DNA of 64,000 bases, taken from the NCBI GenBank assembly GCA_963848305.1, contig CAWKDC010000001.1:992001-1056000 (forward strand), read 5' to 3'. Positions 52,491-61,670 of the stretch are shown here, piece after piece. A program made the translations under genes and the position numbers. The DNA comes from an uncultured Gammaproteobacteria bacterium. GTDB lineage: Bacteria; Pseudomonadota; Gammaproteobacteria; JABCZS01. The notes under the pieces are model-generated. The model searched no databases and was not told where the DNA came from. It saw nothing but the letters and a program-made list of their open reading frames with translations. The first letter of the stretch is position 1, and each line of letters begins with the position of its first letter.

Positions 52491-55400
52491 ATGTCAAGTT
52501 CTCTCAACACATTAGAACAAATCATCGCTGCTTTGGCTGCCCTCGAGAAATATCGGCAGCGGCTAGCAGCCCCAGCTATTCCGCAGACTACTGCTGCTGG
52601 CAGGCTCACGTTGTACACACATCCTTCTGCCTGCCCCAGCCCAATCCTCGATAAATCTACGCCCCCCGACTCGACCGCTCCTAAACCAGTGGTGCCCGCA
52701 GATTCAGCGTTTCTGGAAGGCGTGTTGAGTAAATTTAAGAATACAAGAGGCAGTTTTGGAGCACTTTATTGGAACGAACAAAATGCCCAAAAAGATAATA
52801 AAGCTTATGAGTTACCTGAGCTAGATATTGATTATTTTCATAAAGATAATGACTCCCGAGAACCAATTCCCCCCAAAGTGCTGATCGATGTCGCCTATGC
52901 TGGCACCCACAAAGAATTCGTGGATATCAACATATTGGCACCCACAAGTGGAACTTTCCTACTACCTGATCACAATAGATGGTTTAACCTCTGCACAGAA
53001 CAAAAAAAATGGTTGACTAATTTTCTCGTTATAGCGAGCCCAGGCTCCACCCTTGACATTAAATCCAACGCAACAGATGGCACCATTGATTTTTGGGTGA
53101 TTCCACCCGGAGGATCTTCTAGACCACCCAATATAGATGAAGTTAAAGCGTTAACACCCGCCGTGGCTCGTTTAACACAGTGGGAATTGAATGGTCGTCC
53201 AGATAGTGGAAATCCAGAGATGCCCAATGCATGGATTTATACACACAAAAAAAGTGATGACCCCCTTGCCACTCTGACTCAGACTGAATTGACGAAAGTG
53301 ACCGAAACGCTAAGCGCTGCTGAAAACAATGTAGCCCCTATCCCATTCATAGTATCGACAAGCAGTGCTACACCTGCGTCTTCAACTTCCTCAAGCAGCA
53401 GTTTTGCATCGTCCGGATCGAGTGCTTCGCAACAACAGCAAAGGACTCCTGATCAGATACTTCTTGACAGCCTAGCAGTGACATCTTCCTCTGCTGATAC
53501 GAGCGCTTCATCCTTGATGTCAAGCAGTTCATCTGGGTCTGCGCCGACAAGCACCACAATGACGGGAACCAATACGGGAACGGATGAACAGCAGAAAAAA
53601 CGCCAACTATTGGTGGAGCTAGAAAAGCGGCAAGAAGAAGCTCGCCTTCAAAAGGTGCAGCAGCAACAAGAACAACTGCGTCAACAACAGACAAGTGCGA
53701 CAAATGCCGGGTCTTTAGCCTCATCTTCCTCAAGCAGCAGTTTTGCATCGTCCGCATCGTCGGGCTCGAGCAGTTCTTCCTCTGATCTGGGCACTTTATC
53801 AAGCTCGAGCGCTTCGCTACAAACTGACACAACAAGCCAGACTACCAATGACCCGCTCAATGAGCTGCGCGATACTCTACTGGCACTTCAAATAATATGC
53901 GCAGCACATGAAGAAGCCAACAAAGCAATAATACTTAGCATCCCGAAGCCCCCTGAGCCAAATGCAGAAACCGATGGAGAGGCCGAGGATGAACCTCAAG
54001 CAGACTATGCAAGAGAACAGGCAGCATATGAAGAAGCAAAGAAAAAATATCAACAAGAACTACCGTCGCTAGAAGCAAAAAAGCAAGCGGAAGGAGAAAG
54101 ATATACACAGCAAATTAAACGGATCAAAGATGGTGAAACTGTCATTCCACCAACGGCCCAAAAAAACAAACCCATTGCCCTGATCTGCGCAAGGATTATC
54201 CTGGATATCCACGCTCTCAATGCCTCTATTGACGATGAGATAGGTGCTGTCAATAAACTTTTACGCATTGCAAATATGCAAAGCCCAGGATTCACTGCAT
54301 CAAACCTTAACGACGACAACCAGGTATTCAAGTCCATGGTAGCCGTGAAAGCGGATTTAGAAAGAGTGATAGCAGTCACAACGATAAAAAAAGTTCCTGA
54401 TGAGTCTGACAAGGATGACGAAGTAAATGAGGAGGTCGCACCAGCTTTACAAAAGATTGTAGAGATACTCAAGTCAATCAAAAGCAATGCTAGTATTGCT
54501 ACTGGGGAACAGATCAATACCCTCAAACAGAATTACAATACCGTTAAAAAGCGTGCAGCCACCCCCCAGCTACTAGCACTCAACTGCCTTCTCATCTATT
54601 TACGTTTAATAGATATTTCAGGCTCTAATCAAAAGACACCAAAGAGATTTTTCAATCATGTCTATGAAGAGATGTGTCGCATTTCTGAAGATAGTGCGAC
54701 AACAAGCAGCGCCGACTCAAGAAATTCCATAGGTTCAAATCCGCTTTTGAGTTTCATTCTTAATGCAAGCCGTGTTAAATATAACATTTTAACAAGTGAA
54801 AGCGAGGCAGGCAAAGGCAAAAGTCCCGAACAAATAGCAAAAGAGAATAAGCGAATCCAGGCAGAATACGAAGCGGCAATAAACACATGTATGGATGAAT
54901 ACGAGGAAATCACGCCCACATCCACAGCAGAAATCGCCCCGTCCTGGACCACATGGGTTAGAAAAGGCGCTACAGCGGCAGGCACGGCAATTTTAGACGG
55001 TGTGAATGCTGTAGGAGCAGGAATTGCAACATTAGGCAAATCGTTCGTGAACCTGTTTGGTGCTAAAGAAAAAGCCAGCGGAACCAGCGCACCAACTGCA
55101 TCATCTTCTCCAACAACATCAAAAAAACCTGCAATGTCAGAAGGGATCGGTGAAACCCTCAGAAATGCTGGCACGACCATTGTTGTGGGATTTGAAGCTG
55201 TTGGTGCTGCGATTGGACGGTTTTGGAAGAAAATGTTCAAAACAAAGAAAGATAATAGAAGAGACACTCAGGCGATACTTGATGATTTCCGCAAAAAGGA
55301 TGAGGAAAGGCAGGAAGACGATGAGATGTTTGCAGAATGGGGCGCACAACTTCGTGACGAGCATGGCAATATCATATCGCCGAAAAGGGAACGAAACTCA

Positions 55401-57644
55401 AGCCGCTTATCCTTGGGCACTGCAATATCAAATGCAAGTAGCTCTTCCTCAAGCAGCGCAGCAACGGACACAAGCAGCAGCTCATCCAGTAGCTCCACAA
55501 CAGCATCATCGAGCAGCATGCCGCCTGCCACAACGACCACAGGAGCTGCATCCGGCGCCTCGTCGGGCAGCTTCGCAGCAGCTACAGAAGACTTGACCGC
55601 TGCAAGCAGCGTAGCCCCCCCTTCAAACCTAGCATTGAGACTTTGGGGCGCAGCAGCCAATGGGTTCATGGGCATGATGCGAGCAGCAAGTGCCTCGAAC
55701 AGCGTATCGCAAGCTGAGCTAGGCTCAGCCGCCGTCAATGGAGTCATTCAAGGTAAAAATAACATTGAACTTGACGAGATAACCAATGAAACCGCTCAGA
55801 AAATAATGACCCTCGGGGCTCGAAAAGATGAAGAAGAAGTCAAGAAAAATCCAAATGTAGCACAAGCAGCATCAAAATACACTGCGCTCAAATATCAGAT
55901 CCTTGCTTTTGAGGGTCAGGAACCCACCTCATTTAAACCTATCAAAGCTGAACTCGCAAGAATTGAGAATATGCCATTTGATGACACGACAAATACAATC
56001 ACCATCATTCCAATATTGGATGTGCAGGGCAGCTCCCTCGTCCAAGCATTTGCTGAAATGCAGGTTCAAAATAAAATCACTGAAATGATCAGTATTTTAA
56101 ATGCTATCCAATCTAGCAGTAGATTATCGACATTGGAGAGTGACAGACTCAAGATGTTGATTAAAACAAATATTCAAAGCCCGACACAAGGAAGTGTTGA
56201 AGATCTCTATCTCAATGTTATCATTCCTGTCGTCAGCACTTTATTACGGATTGCAGAAAACATTGCTGATGGCAATAGAATATCTATCGATTATTTAAAA
56301 CAAGTCAAAAATATTGTGCCAGGATTATTTCATGAAAACTTCAATGCTGCAGCACCTCAAATTATCAATGCTTATGAAAACAGCACGATTTCATCTTTAC
56401 CTGAACCAAAGAGTCTCCCTCTCACATCCGAAAACATTGAAACAGAGATCACAGTTACGCCAATACCAGCATCTCAACCCACTAAAAGAGTGGAACAGCA
56501 AACTCTACACGCCACTGGAAATTACGCCGACACTGTCAAAAAATATCTTTCTATGTTGCAAATGTGCGAAGAGATGTTGAACATTTTTGAAGAGATCGGA
56601 ACAAGAGAACCGGGTATCGCAGTCAAAACATCTAAAACCACGGAAAGGCTTTCTACACTATGTGGGGATTATACAACTAGTAACTTGCTCGCTAAACCAC
56701 GAGAAAAAGTTGTTTATCGTCAGGCAAACACTGCCGTGCAGATAAACAACCTGTATCAATCACCAAACAACCCTCCTAGTCACGAGCAGGCTAAAGCACT
56801 GCGAGATACCTATGTGGTATTGTGCAATTGCGTGAGGAAGCTTGAACAGGCGAACCCTCCTGTCAATTGCGCAGACTTGAAACTCGAGCTTCAAAAATTG
56901 GAATCTCTTTCGCCGATGACTAAAGACAATGTTCTCACTACCTTGCAGCGAGCTGTGAATAAACTCAAAATCATCAATAGAGAACATGCTGAACTCAGCA
57001 AGCTTGAACAAAATCTTGGTATTGCTGGGACAGCCGCACCTGTCAAAACTTCTTTCTTTCCCCTTTTCAACCTGCGCAAACCTAAGCCACAGGAATCTCC
57101 TGTAGTTATCCCACCCCTTACTTTAGAGATAAAGTTAAAAATCAACATCGCTTTTCTTAAGTGGAGAATGAATGATAAGAATGACACATTAAAGGCTGAA
57201 TATCTTGCTAAGTTGCAAGTACTACATCCTGAAATAAAGTCTATTAAATCACTGGGACTGCCGGACGCCTACAATAGTCAGCTCACCGGAGATGACAGAG
57301 CTCTGCTTCTTGACCTCGTTCTTGATGAAGTGCCTGAAAAAGTAAATTCAGAATATCAGCAGTATGTGGATATGCTGGGTAACGGGAAAGTTCTAAGCGA
57401 AGAACAGACATATCGAATGAAAATGATTTGTGTAAGGCTTGGGGAACCACCTGCCCTGAGCGCTGCAGCAGCATCTGATACCGCGAGCAGTAGTAGCTCC
57501 GCTTCGAGCAGTGCCCCACCCTCGCCAACGGCTTCGCCCCATTTACTTGCTGCCGAGGAATTGCACAGTACATTAACAAGTAGTGTGAAAGAAAAAAAAG
57601 AGGAAGAGGAAGTGGAAAAGGGAAACAAGAAGAAGAACGAATAA
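52491..57644 (+). CDS. 1717-aa orphan Ser-rich/coiled-coil protein, effector-like
   Basis: long uninterrupted ORF, poly-Ser and Gln tracts, C-terminal EEEEVE block. Confidence 0.8.
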   Translation: MSSSLNTLEQIIAALAALEKYRQRLAAPAIPQTTAAGRLTLYTHPSACPSPILDKSTPPDSTAPKPVVPADSAFLEGVLSKFKNTRGSFGALYWNEQNAQKDNKAYELPELDIDYFHKDNDSREPIPPKVLIDVAYAGTHKEFVDINILAPTSGTFLLPDHNRWFNLCTEQKKWLTNFLVIASPGSTLDIKSNATDGTIDFWVIPPGGSSRPPNIDEVKALTPAVARLTQWELNGRPDSGNPEMPNAWIYTHKKSDDPLATLTQTELTKVTETLSAAENNVAPIPFIVSTSSATPASSTSSSSSFASSGSSASQQQQRTPDQILLDSLAVTSSSADTSASSLMSSSSSGSAPTSTTMTGTNTGTDEQQKKRQLLVELEKRQEEARLQKVQQQQEQLRQQQTSATNAGSLASSSSSSSFASSASSGSSSSSSDLGTLSSSSASLQTDTTSQTTNDPLNELRDTLLALQIICAAHEEANKAIILSIPKPPEPNAETDGEAEDEPQADYAREQAAYEEAKKKYQQELPSLEAKKQAEGERYTQQIKRIKDGETVIPPTAQKNKPIALICARIILDIHALNASIDDEIGAVNKLLRIANMQSPGFTASNLNDDNQVFKSMVAVKADLERVIAVTTIKKVPDESDKDDEVNEEVAPALQKIVEILKSIKSNASIATGEQINTLKQNYNTVKKRAATPQLLALNCLLIYLRLIDISGSNQKTPKRFFNHVYEEMCRISEDSATTSSADSRNSIGSNPLLSFILNASRVKYNILTSESEAGKGKSPEQIAKENKRIQAEYEAAINTCMDEYEEITPTSTAEIAPSWTTWVRKGATAAGTAILDGVNAVGAGIATLGKSFVNLFGAKEKASGTSAPTASSSPTTSKKPAMSEGIGETLRNAGTTIVVGFEAVGAAIGRFWKKMFKTKKDNRRDTQAILDDFRKKDEERQEDDEMFAEWGAQLRDEHGNIISPKRERNSSRLSLGTAISNASSSSSSSAATDTSSSSSSSSTTASSSSMPPATTTTGAASGASSGSFAAATEDLTAASSVAPPSNLALRLWGAAANGFMGMMRAASASNSVSQAELGSAAVNGVIQGKNNIELDEITNETAQKIMTLGARKDEEEVKKNPNVAQAASKYTALKYQILAFEGQEPTSFKPIKAELARIENMPFDDTTNTITIIPILDVQGSSLVQAFAEMQVQNKITEMISILNAIQSSSRLSTLESDRLKMLIKTNIQSPTQGSVEDLYLNVIIPVVSTLLRIAENIADGNRISIDYLKQVKNIVPGLFHENFNAAAPQIINAYENSTISSLPEPKSLPLTSENIETEITVTPIPASQPTKRVEQQTLHATGNYADTVKKYLSMLQMCEEMLNIFEEIGTREPGIAVKTSKTTERLSTLCGDYTTSNLLAKPREKVVYRQANTAVQINNLYQSPNNPPSHEQAKALRDTYVVLCNCVRKLEQANPPVNCADLKLELQKLESLSPMTKDNVLTTLQRAVNKLKIINREHAELSKLEQNLGIAGTAAPVKTSFFPLFNLRKPKPQESPVVIPPLTLEIKLKINIAFLKWRMNDKNDTLKAEYLAKLQVLHPEIKSIKSLGLPDAYNSQLTGDDRALLLDLVLDEVPEKVNSEYQQYVDMLGNGKVLSEEQTYRMKMICVRLGEPPALSAAAASDTASSSSSASSSAPPSPTASPHLLAAEELHSTLTSSVKEKKEEEEVEKGNKKKNE

Positions 57645-57673
57645 ACTTGTCCTAAACAACCCCCTAGAAAAAT

Positions 57674-57822
57674 CCCTGGCCTCGTCATCCCGGAAATTTT
57701 GCGTAGCAGACACGAAGCGCCCCCTGGCCTCGTCATCCCGGAAATTTTGCGTAGCAAGCGCGAAGCGTCCCCCTGACCTCGTCATCCCGGAAATTTTGCG
57801 TAGCAAAATTATCCGGGATCCA
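57674..57822 (+). repeat. Left array: three tandem 48-49-bp REP-like units
   Basis: cgtcatcccggaaattttgcgtagca starts at 57683, 57731 and 57780; innermost unit is a full palindrome. Confidence 0.95.
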
Positions 57823-57833
57823 CTCATACCTCA

Positions 57834-57862
57834 TTGCAATTAATTTAAACATTAGATATCAT
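57834..57862 (+). promoter_or_regulatory. Sigma70-like promoter of the GIY-YIG gene
   Basis: TTGCAA-N17-TATCAT. Confidence 0.6.
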
Positions 57863-57897
57863 TCACACACTATCAATCAAAATAAGAAGAGCAAAAA

Positions 57898-58209
57898 ATG
57901 AGAACATTCTATGTTTATATTTTAGCAAGTAGAAGAAATGGTACGTTGTATGTAGGAGTCACCGCGCATCTTAGTCATCGCATACAAGAACATAAACAAA
58001 AAATGTTGCCCGGATTTACTTCAAAATACGGAGTGAATCGCTTGGTGTATTACGAAAAGCATAAAATGATTATTGAGGCAATTAAGCGGGAAAAACAAAT
58101 CAAAAGGTGGCGCAGGGCATGGAAAATTGCATTAATAGAAAAAATAAATCCAGAGTGGGAAGATCTTTGTAGAGGTGATTATATTGCATATCCTCGCCCG
58201 AAAACATAG
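57898..58209 (+). CDS. Stand-alone GIY-YIG nuclease family protein
   Basis: FYVYILAS.RNGTLYVGVT..L..RI.EHK, FTSKY.V.RLVYYE, AIKREKQIKRW.R.WK..LIE..NP.W.DL. Confidence 0.93.
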   Translation: MRTFYVYILASRRNGTLYVGVTAHLSHRIQEHKQKMLPGFTSKYGVNRLVYYEKHKMIIEAIKREKQIKRWRRAWKIALIEKINPEWEDLCRGDYIAYPRPKT

Positions 58210-58235
58210 TTTCACTTGGTCTGAGATCGTTTCCC

Positions 58236-58377
58236 TGGATCCCGGATAATTTTGCTACGCAAAATTTCCGGGATGACGAGGCCAGGGGGACGCTTCGCGT
58301 CTGCTACGCAAAATTTCCGGGATGACGAGGCCAGGGGGGCGCTTCGCGTTTGCTACGCAACATTTCCGGGATGACGA
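58236..58377 (-). repeat. Right array: three tandem REP-like units, inverted relative to the left array
   Basis: tgctacgcaaaatttccgggatgacg three times (third copy with one substitution); innermost unit a full palindrome. Confidence 0.95.
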
Positions 58378-58410
58378 AGTATGTGTGGGCAGCCCGCTGC
58401 GTGGGGGTTG

Positions 58411-59467
58411 TCACGCATGACGCTCATGCACCGCATCCACCAAGGCAGCCACGTGCTCAGGTGGAATACCGGGATGAATGCCGTGGCCGAGGTTAAACAC
58501 ATGGCCGGGATGTGAGCCGAAATCACGTAATATTTTCGCGACTTCAGATTGAATCACTGCAGGAGATGAGTACAGCACAGCGGGATCAAGATTACCTTGC
58601 AACGCCACTTTATCGCCCACACGTATGCGCGCATCGCCGATGTTGATCATCCAATCCAAGCCCAATGCATCACAACCAGTATCACTCATCCATTCTAACC
58701 ATTGACCGCCGCCTTTGGTGAATAAAATATTCGGGATGCGCGAGGCGCCACGCGATTTCGTTAAACATTCGACAATGCGTTGCATGGGTTCGAGTGAAAA
58801 GCGTTTGTATTGCTCAGGCGCTAAGATGCCGCCCCAAGTATCAAAAATCATCACCGCATCTACGCCAGCATCGATTTGTGCGTTTAAATATTCAGCCACG
58901 CTGTCGCTTAACACCGCCAATAATTGATCCATCAACGCAGGCGATTCGTACATCATTGCTTTGACTTTCGCAAATTCTCGCGTGCTGCTGCCTTCGACCA
59001 TGTAAGTGGCCAATGTCCAAGGACTGCCGGCAAAGCCAATCAAGGGGACGCGCTGATTCAATCCTTGCTTGATCAGACGAATGGTTTCATAAACATATGG
59101 CATGGTATCGAGCGGATCGGGGACAGCCAATCGTGCAATGTCAGCGGCTTGTTTGATGGGACGCGCAAATTGCTCAGTCGCCTTCCACGAAATGTAACCC
59201 TAACCCCATGGCGTTCGGGATGGTGAGAATATCAGAAAACAAAATCGCTGCGTCTAAATCGAAGCGGGCCAAGGGTTGCAACGTGACCTCACACGCCCAT
59301 TCGGGCGTTTGCATCAAGTTCATAAAGCTACCCGCCTGTGCCCGCAGCGCACGGTATTCGGGCAAATAACGTCCCGCCTGACGCATGATCCACACGGGTG
59401 TTTTATCGACGGGTTGACGCAGTAACGCTTTGATCAAACGATCATTGTGCAAAGGCCGATCACTCAT
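58411..59467 (-). CDS. hemE: Uroporphyrinogen decarboxylase, frameshift near 59175
   Basis: [42 protein letters not shown]. Confidence 0.96.
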
Positions 59468-60035
59468 CTGGCAAAGACTCCCCACCATCAAAACTAATAC
59501 CTGAATCATCTAATGTCATACCCAAATGATTGGCAATGGCCTCAACCACTTGTGCGGGCGTGCGCCTGTCAACATCGACCGTGAATTGCGCCAAGGTTTG
59601 ATACACCGGTTCGCGCTGGGCCAAGGTCGCTGCCAGCTGCTCTTCCAAGCTGCCTTGTCCTTTCAGCAACGGGCGTTCGGCATTGCCTGCCAGCCGTTGT
59701 GCCAAGGTTGCCGGTTGCGCACGTAAATAAACCACACGGTGTGTGGCAAACAGGGGGCGAATATTGATGTCCATCACTGCCCCGCCGCCTGTGGCTAACA
59801 CGCCATGAAAAGGGCGCAATAAACGCTGTGTGACAACGGCTTCTTTGTGGCGGAAATAGGGCTCACCTTTGGTTTGAATCAAATCGGCAATGGAGTGGTT
59901 CAATGCCTCGACAATCATGGCGTCGGTGTCGAAAAAGGGGATGTCCGCCCGTTCGGCCAATTGCTGACCCACCGTGGTTTTACCAGAGCCGGGCATGCCG
60001 ATCAGGACGATTTTTTGAGCTGTGGATTGTGTCAT
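59460..60035 (-). CDS. aroK: Shikimate kinase
   Basis: [32 protein letters not shown]. Confidence 0.94.
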   Translation of the reverse strand: MTQSTAQKIVLIGMPGSGKTTVGQQLAERADIPFFDTDAMIVEALNHSIADLIQTKGEPYFRHKEAVVTQRLLRPFHGVLATGGGAVMDINIRPLFATHRVVYLRAQPATLAQRLAGNAERPLLKGQGSLEEQLAATLAQREPVYQTLAQFTVDVDRRTPAQVVEAIANHLGMTLDDSGISFDGGESLPDE

Positions 60036-60105
60036 AGGGGAAGTATATCTGTTTAGCCCTCAATCGTCCATATCAAAGATGACGCTGCTGATGTAGTGCC
60101 TATAT

Positions 60106-60172
60106 GCAGCGCAATCTCACAAATATATTGACAGATTGCGCTACTTATAGAATACTTATTCGCAGCGCAATC
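60106..60172. promoter_or_regulatory. Three 11-bp operator-like repeats over a TTGACA promoter
   Basis: gcagcgcaatc at 60106 and 60162, inverted gattgcgctac at 60134; TTGACA at 60128. Confidence 0.7.
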
Positions 60173-60194
60173 GTGCTTGTCTTGAGGAGGGCTT

Positions 60195-61670
60195 ATGGCA
60201 AGTCTAGTCGGAAGAGTTGAAGAATATCAGATACTTGAATCAATGTATCAGTCTGATCAAGCTGAATTTTTAGCCCTTTATGGTCGCCGTCGGATAGGAA
60301 AAACCTTTCTCATTCATTCCTTTTTTAGTCAAAAGAAAAGCATTTTTTTTCGTGTGACAGGGCAAAGAAATGGCACACTGAAGGAGCAAATTCGAGCCTT
60401 CACCTCCATGATTGGCGAAACATTTTATGGTGGCGCAGAGATCAAAGTAAAAGATAACTGGTTTGAGACTCTGGAGATGCTCAGACAAGCCATTTTGAGT
60501 ACTGCCGGTAAAAAAGAGCGTGTCGTTCTTTTTCTTGATGAGTTTCCGTGGATGGTCAATCGTAAATCTCGTTTATTAGAGGGGTTAGAATACTTTTGGA
60601 ATCAATATTGGTCTCATGATCCACGCATTAAACTGATTATCTGTGGCTCTTCTGCTGAGTGGATTGTGCGCAAAATCATTAATCAGAAGGGAGGTCTTCA
60701 CAATCGCATCACGCGTAAAATACAACTCAAACCTTTCAAACTCAATGAACTCAAAGCTTTTTTCTTGAGCAAGGGAGTCAAACTCAACCATAAACAAATC
60801 ACTGACATTTACATGGTCACGGGCGGTGTCCCTTATTATTTATCCAGTGTCTCAAAAGGGCAGAGTGCAACACAAATTATTGAGCAATTGGCCTTCAGTG
60901 AAAATGGCATATTGTTTAAAGAGTTTGACAATTTATTCAATTCGTTATTTGAAAATGCTGATGCATATATTGAATTGTTGCGCATTCTGGCTAAAACAAA
61001 AACAGGGGTTGAACAAACGGACATCATTGCTCAATCAACCCATTTTTCAAATGGAGGAATGGCCATTCAAAAATTAAACGACTTGGTAGAAACAGGCTTC
61101 ATTATGAAATTGAAACCCCACTTTAATAAGAAGAAAGGTATTTATTATCGTCTCATCGATGAATACACACTTTTTTATCTACATTGGATTGAACCCATCA
61201 AAGATACTTTGCAAAGAACATCTTTAGAGATGGGCTATTGGGAGCATCTTCATGAATCACCCTCATGGAGAGCGTGGGCAGGCTATGCGTTTGAATCAGT
61301 CTGCTATCAACATATTTCCGAAATCAGGAAAGCGCTTCATCTGAAGCCTACCGCAATCGCAGATACCTGGCGTTATATTCCCACAAAAGGCTCAGATGAT
61401 CATGGCGCACAAATTGATCTCCTGTTTGACAGAAGAGATGATGCTATCACGTTATGTGAAATAAAATATACAGACTCTCCTTATGTACTAGACAAAGCTG
61501 AAGCCATTGCCTTGAAAAGTCGCATTGACATATTTGTCAAGAAAACGGGTACCCGAAAACAAATTTTTCCTGTGATGATTTGCTCCAGTGGCATGAAATC
61601 AACCCTTTATGCAGACGATATGATCACCTCGGTCGTCACATTAGATGATTTATTTGTCACTCCTCGATGA
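60195..61670 (+). CDS. AAA (archaeal-type) ATPase with C-terminal PD-(D/E)XK-like domain
   Basis: GRRRIGKT, FLDEFPW, CGS, TGGVPYYL, QIDLL......LCEIKY. Confidence 0.88.
   Translation: MASLVGRVEEYQILESMYQSDQAEFLALYGRRRIGKTFLIHSFFSQKKSIFFRVTGQRNGTLKEQIRAFTSMIGETFYGGAEIKVKDNWFETLEMLRQAILSTAGKKERVVLFLDEFPWMVNRKSRLLEGLEYFWNQYWSHDPRIKLIICGSSAEWIVRKIINQKGGLHNRITRKIQLKPFKLNELKAFFLSKGVKLNHKQITDIYMVTGGVPYYLSSVSKGQSATQIIEQLAFSENGILFKEFDNLFNSLFENADAYIELLRILAKTKTGVEQTDIIAQSTHFSNGGMAIQKLNDLVETGFIMKLKPHFNKKKGIYYRLIDEYTLFYLHWIEPIKDTLQRTSLEMGYWEHLHESPSWRAWAGYAFESVCYQHISEIRKALHLKPTAIADTWRYIPTKGSDDHGAQIDLLFDRRDDAITLCEIKYTDSPYVLDKAEAIALKSRIDIFVKKTGTRKQIFPVMICSSGMKSTLYADDMITSVVTLDDLFVTPR

Larger units (their letters stand above)
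57674..58377. mobile_element. Candidate REP-array / GIY-YIG element
   Basis: about 145-bp inverted arrays bracket a single AT-rich nuclease gene with its own promoter. Confidence 0.65.

Noticed and set aside
57674-58377. CRISPR array interpretation of the tandem repeats
   Set aside because: The linkers between repeats are near-identical rather than unique spacers, the arrays are inverted around a gene, and no cas genes are present.
2149-59467. Genome decay / pseudogenisation from nine frameshifts
   Set aside because: The hits include groEL, priA and hemE, each has a single lesion with otherwise intact sequence, and they fall at homopolymers or one motif; sequencing error is more likely.
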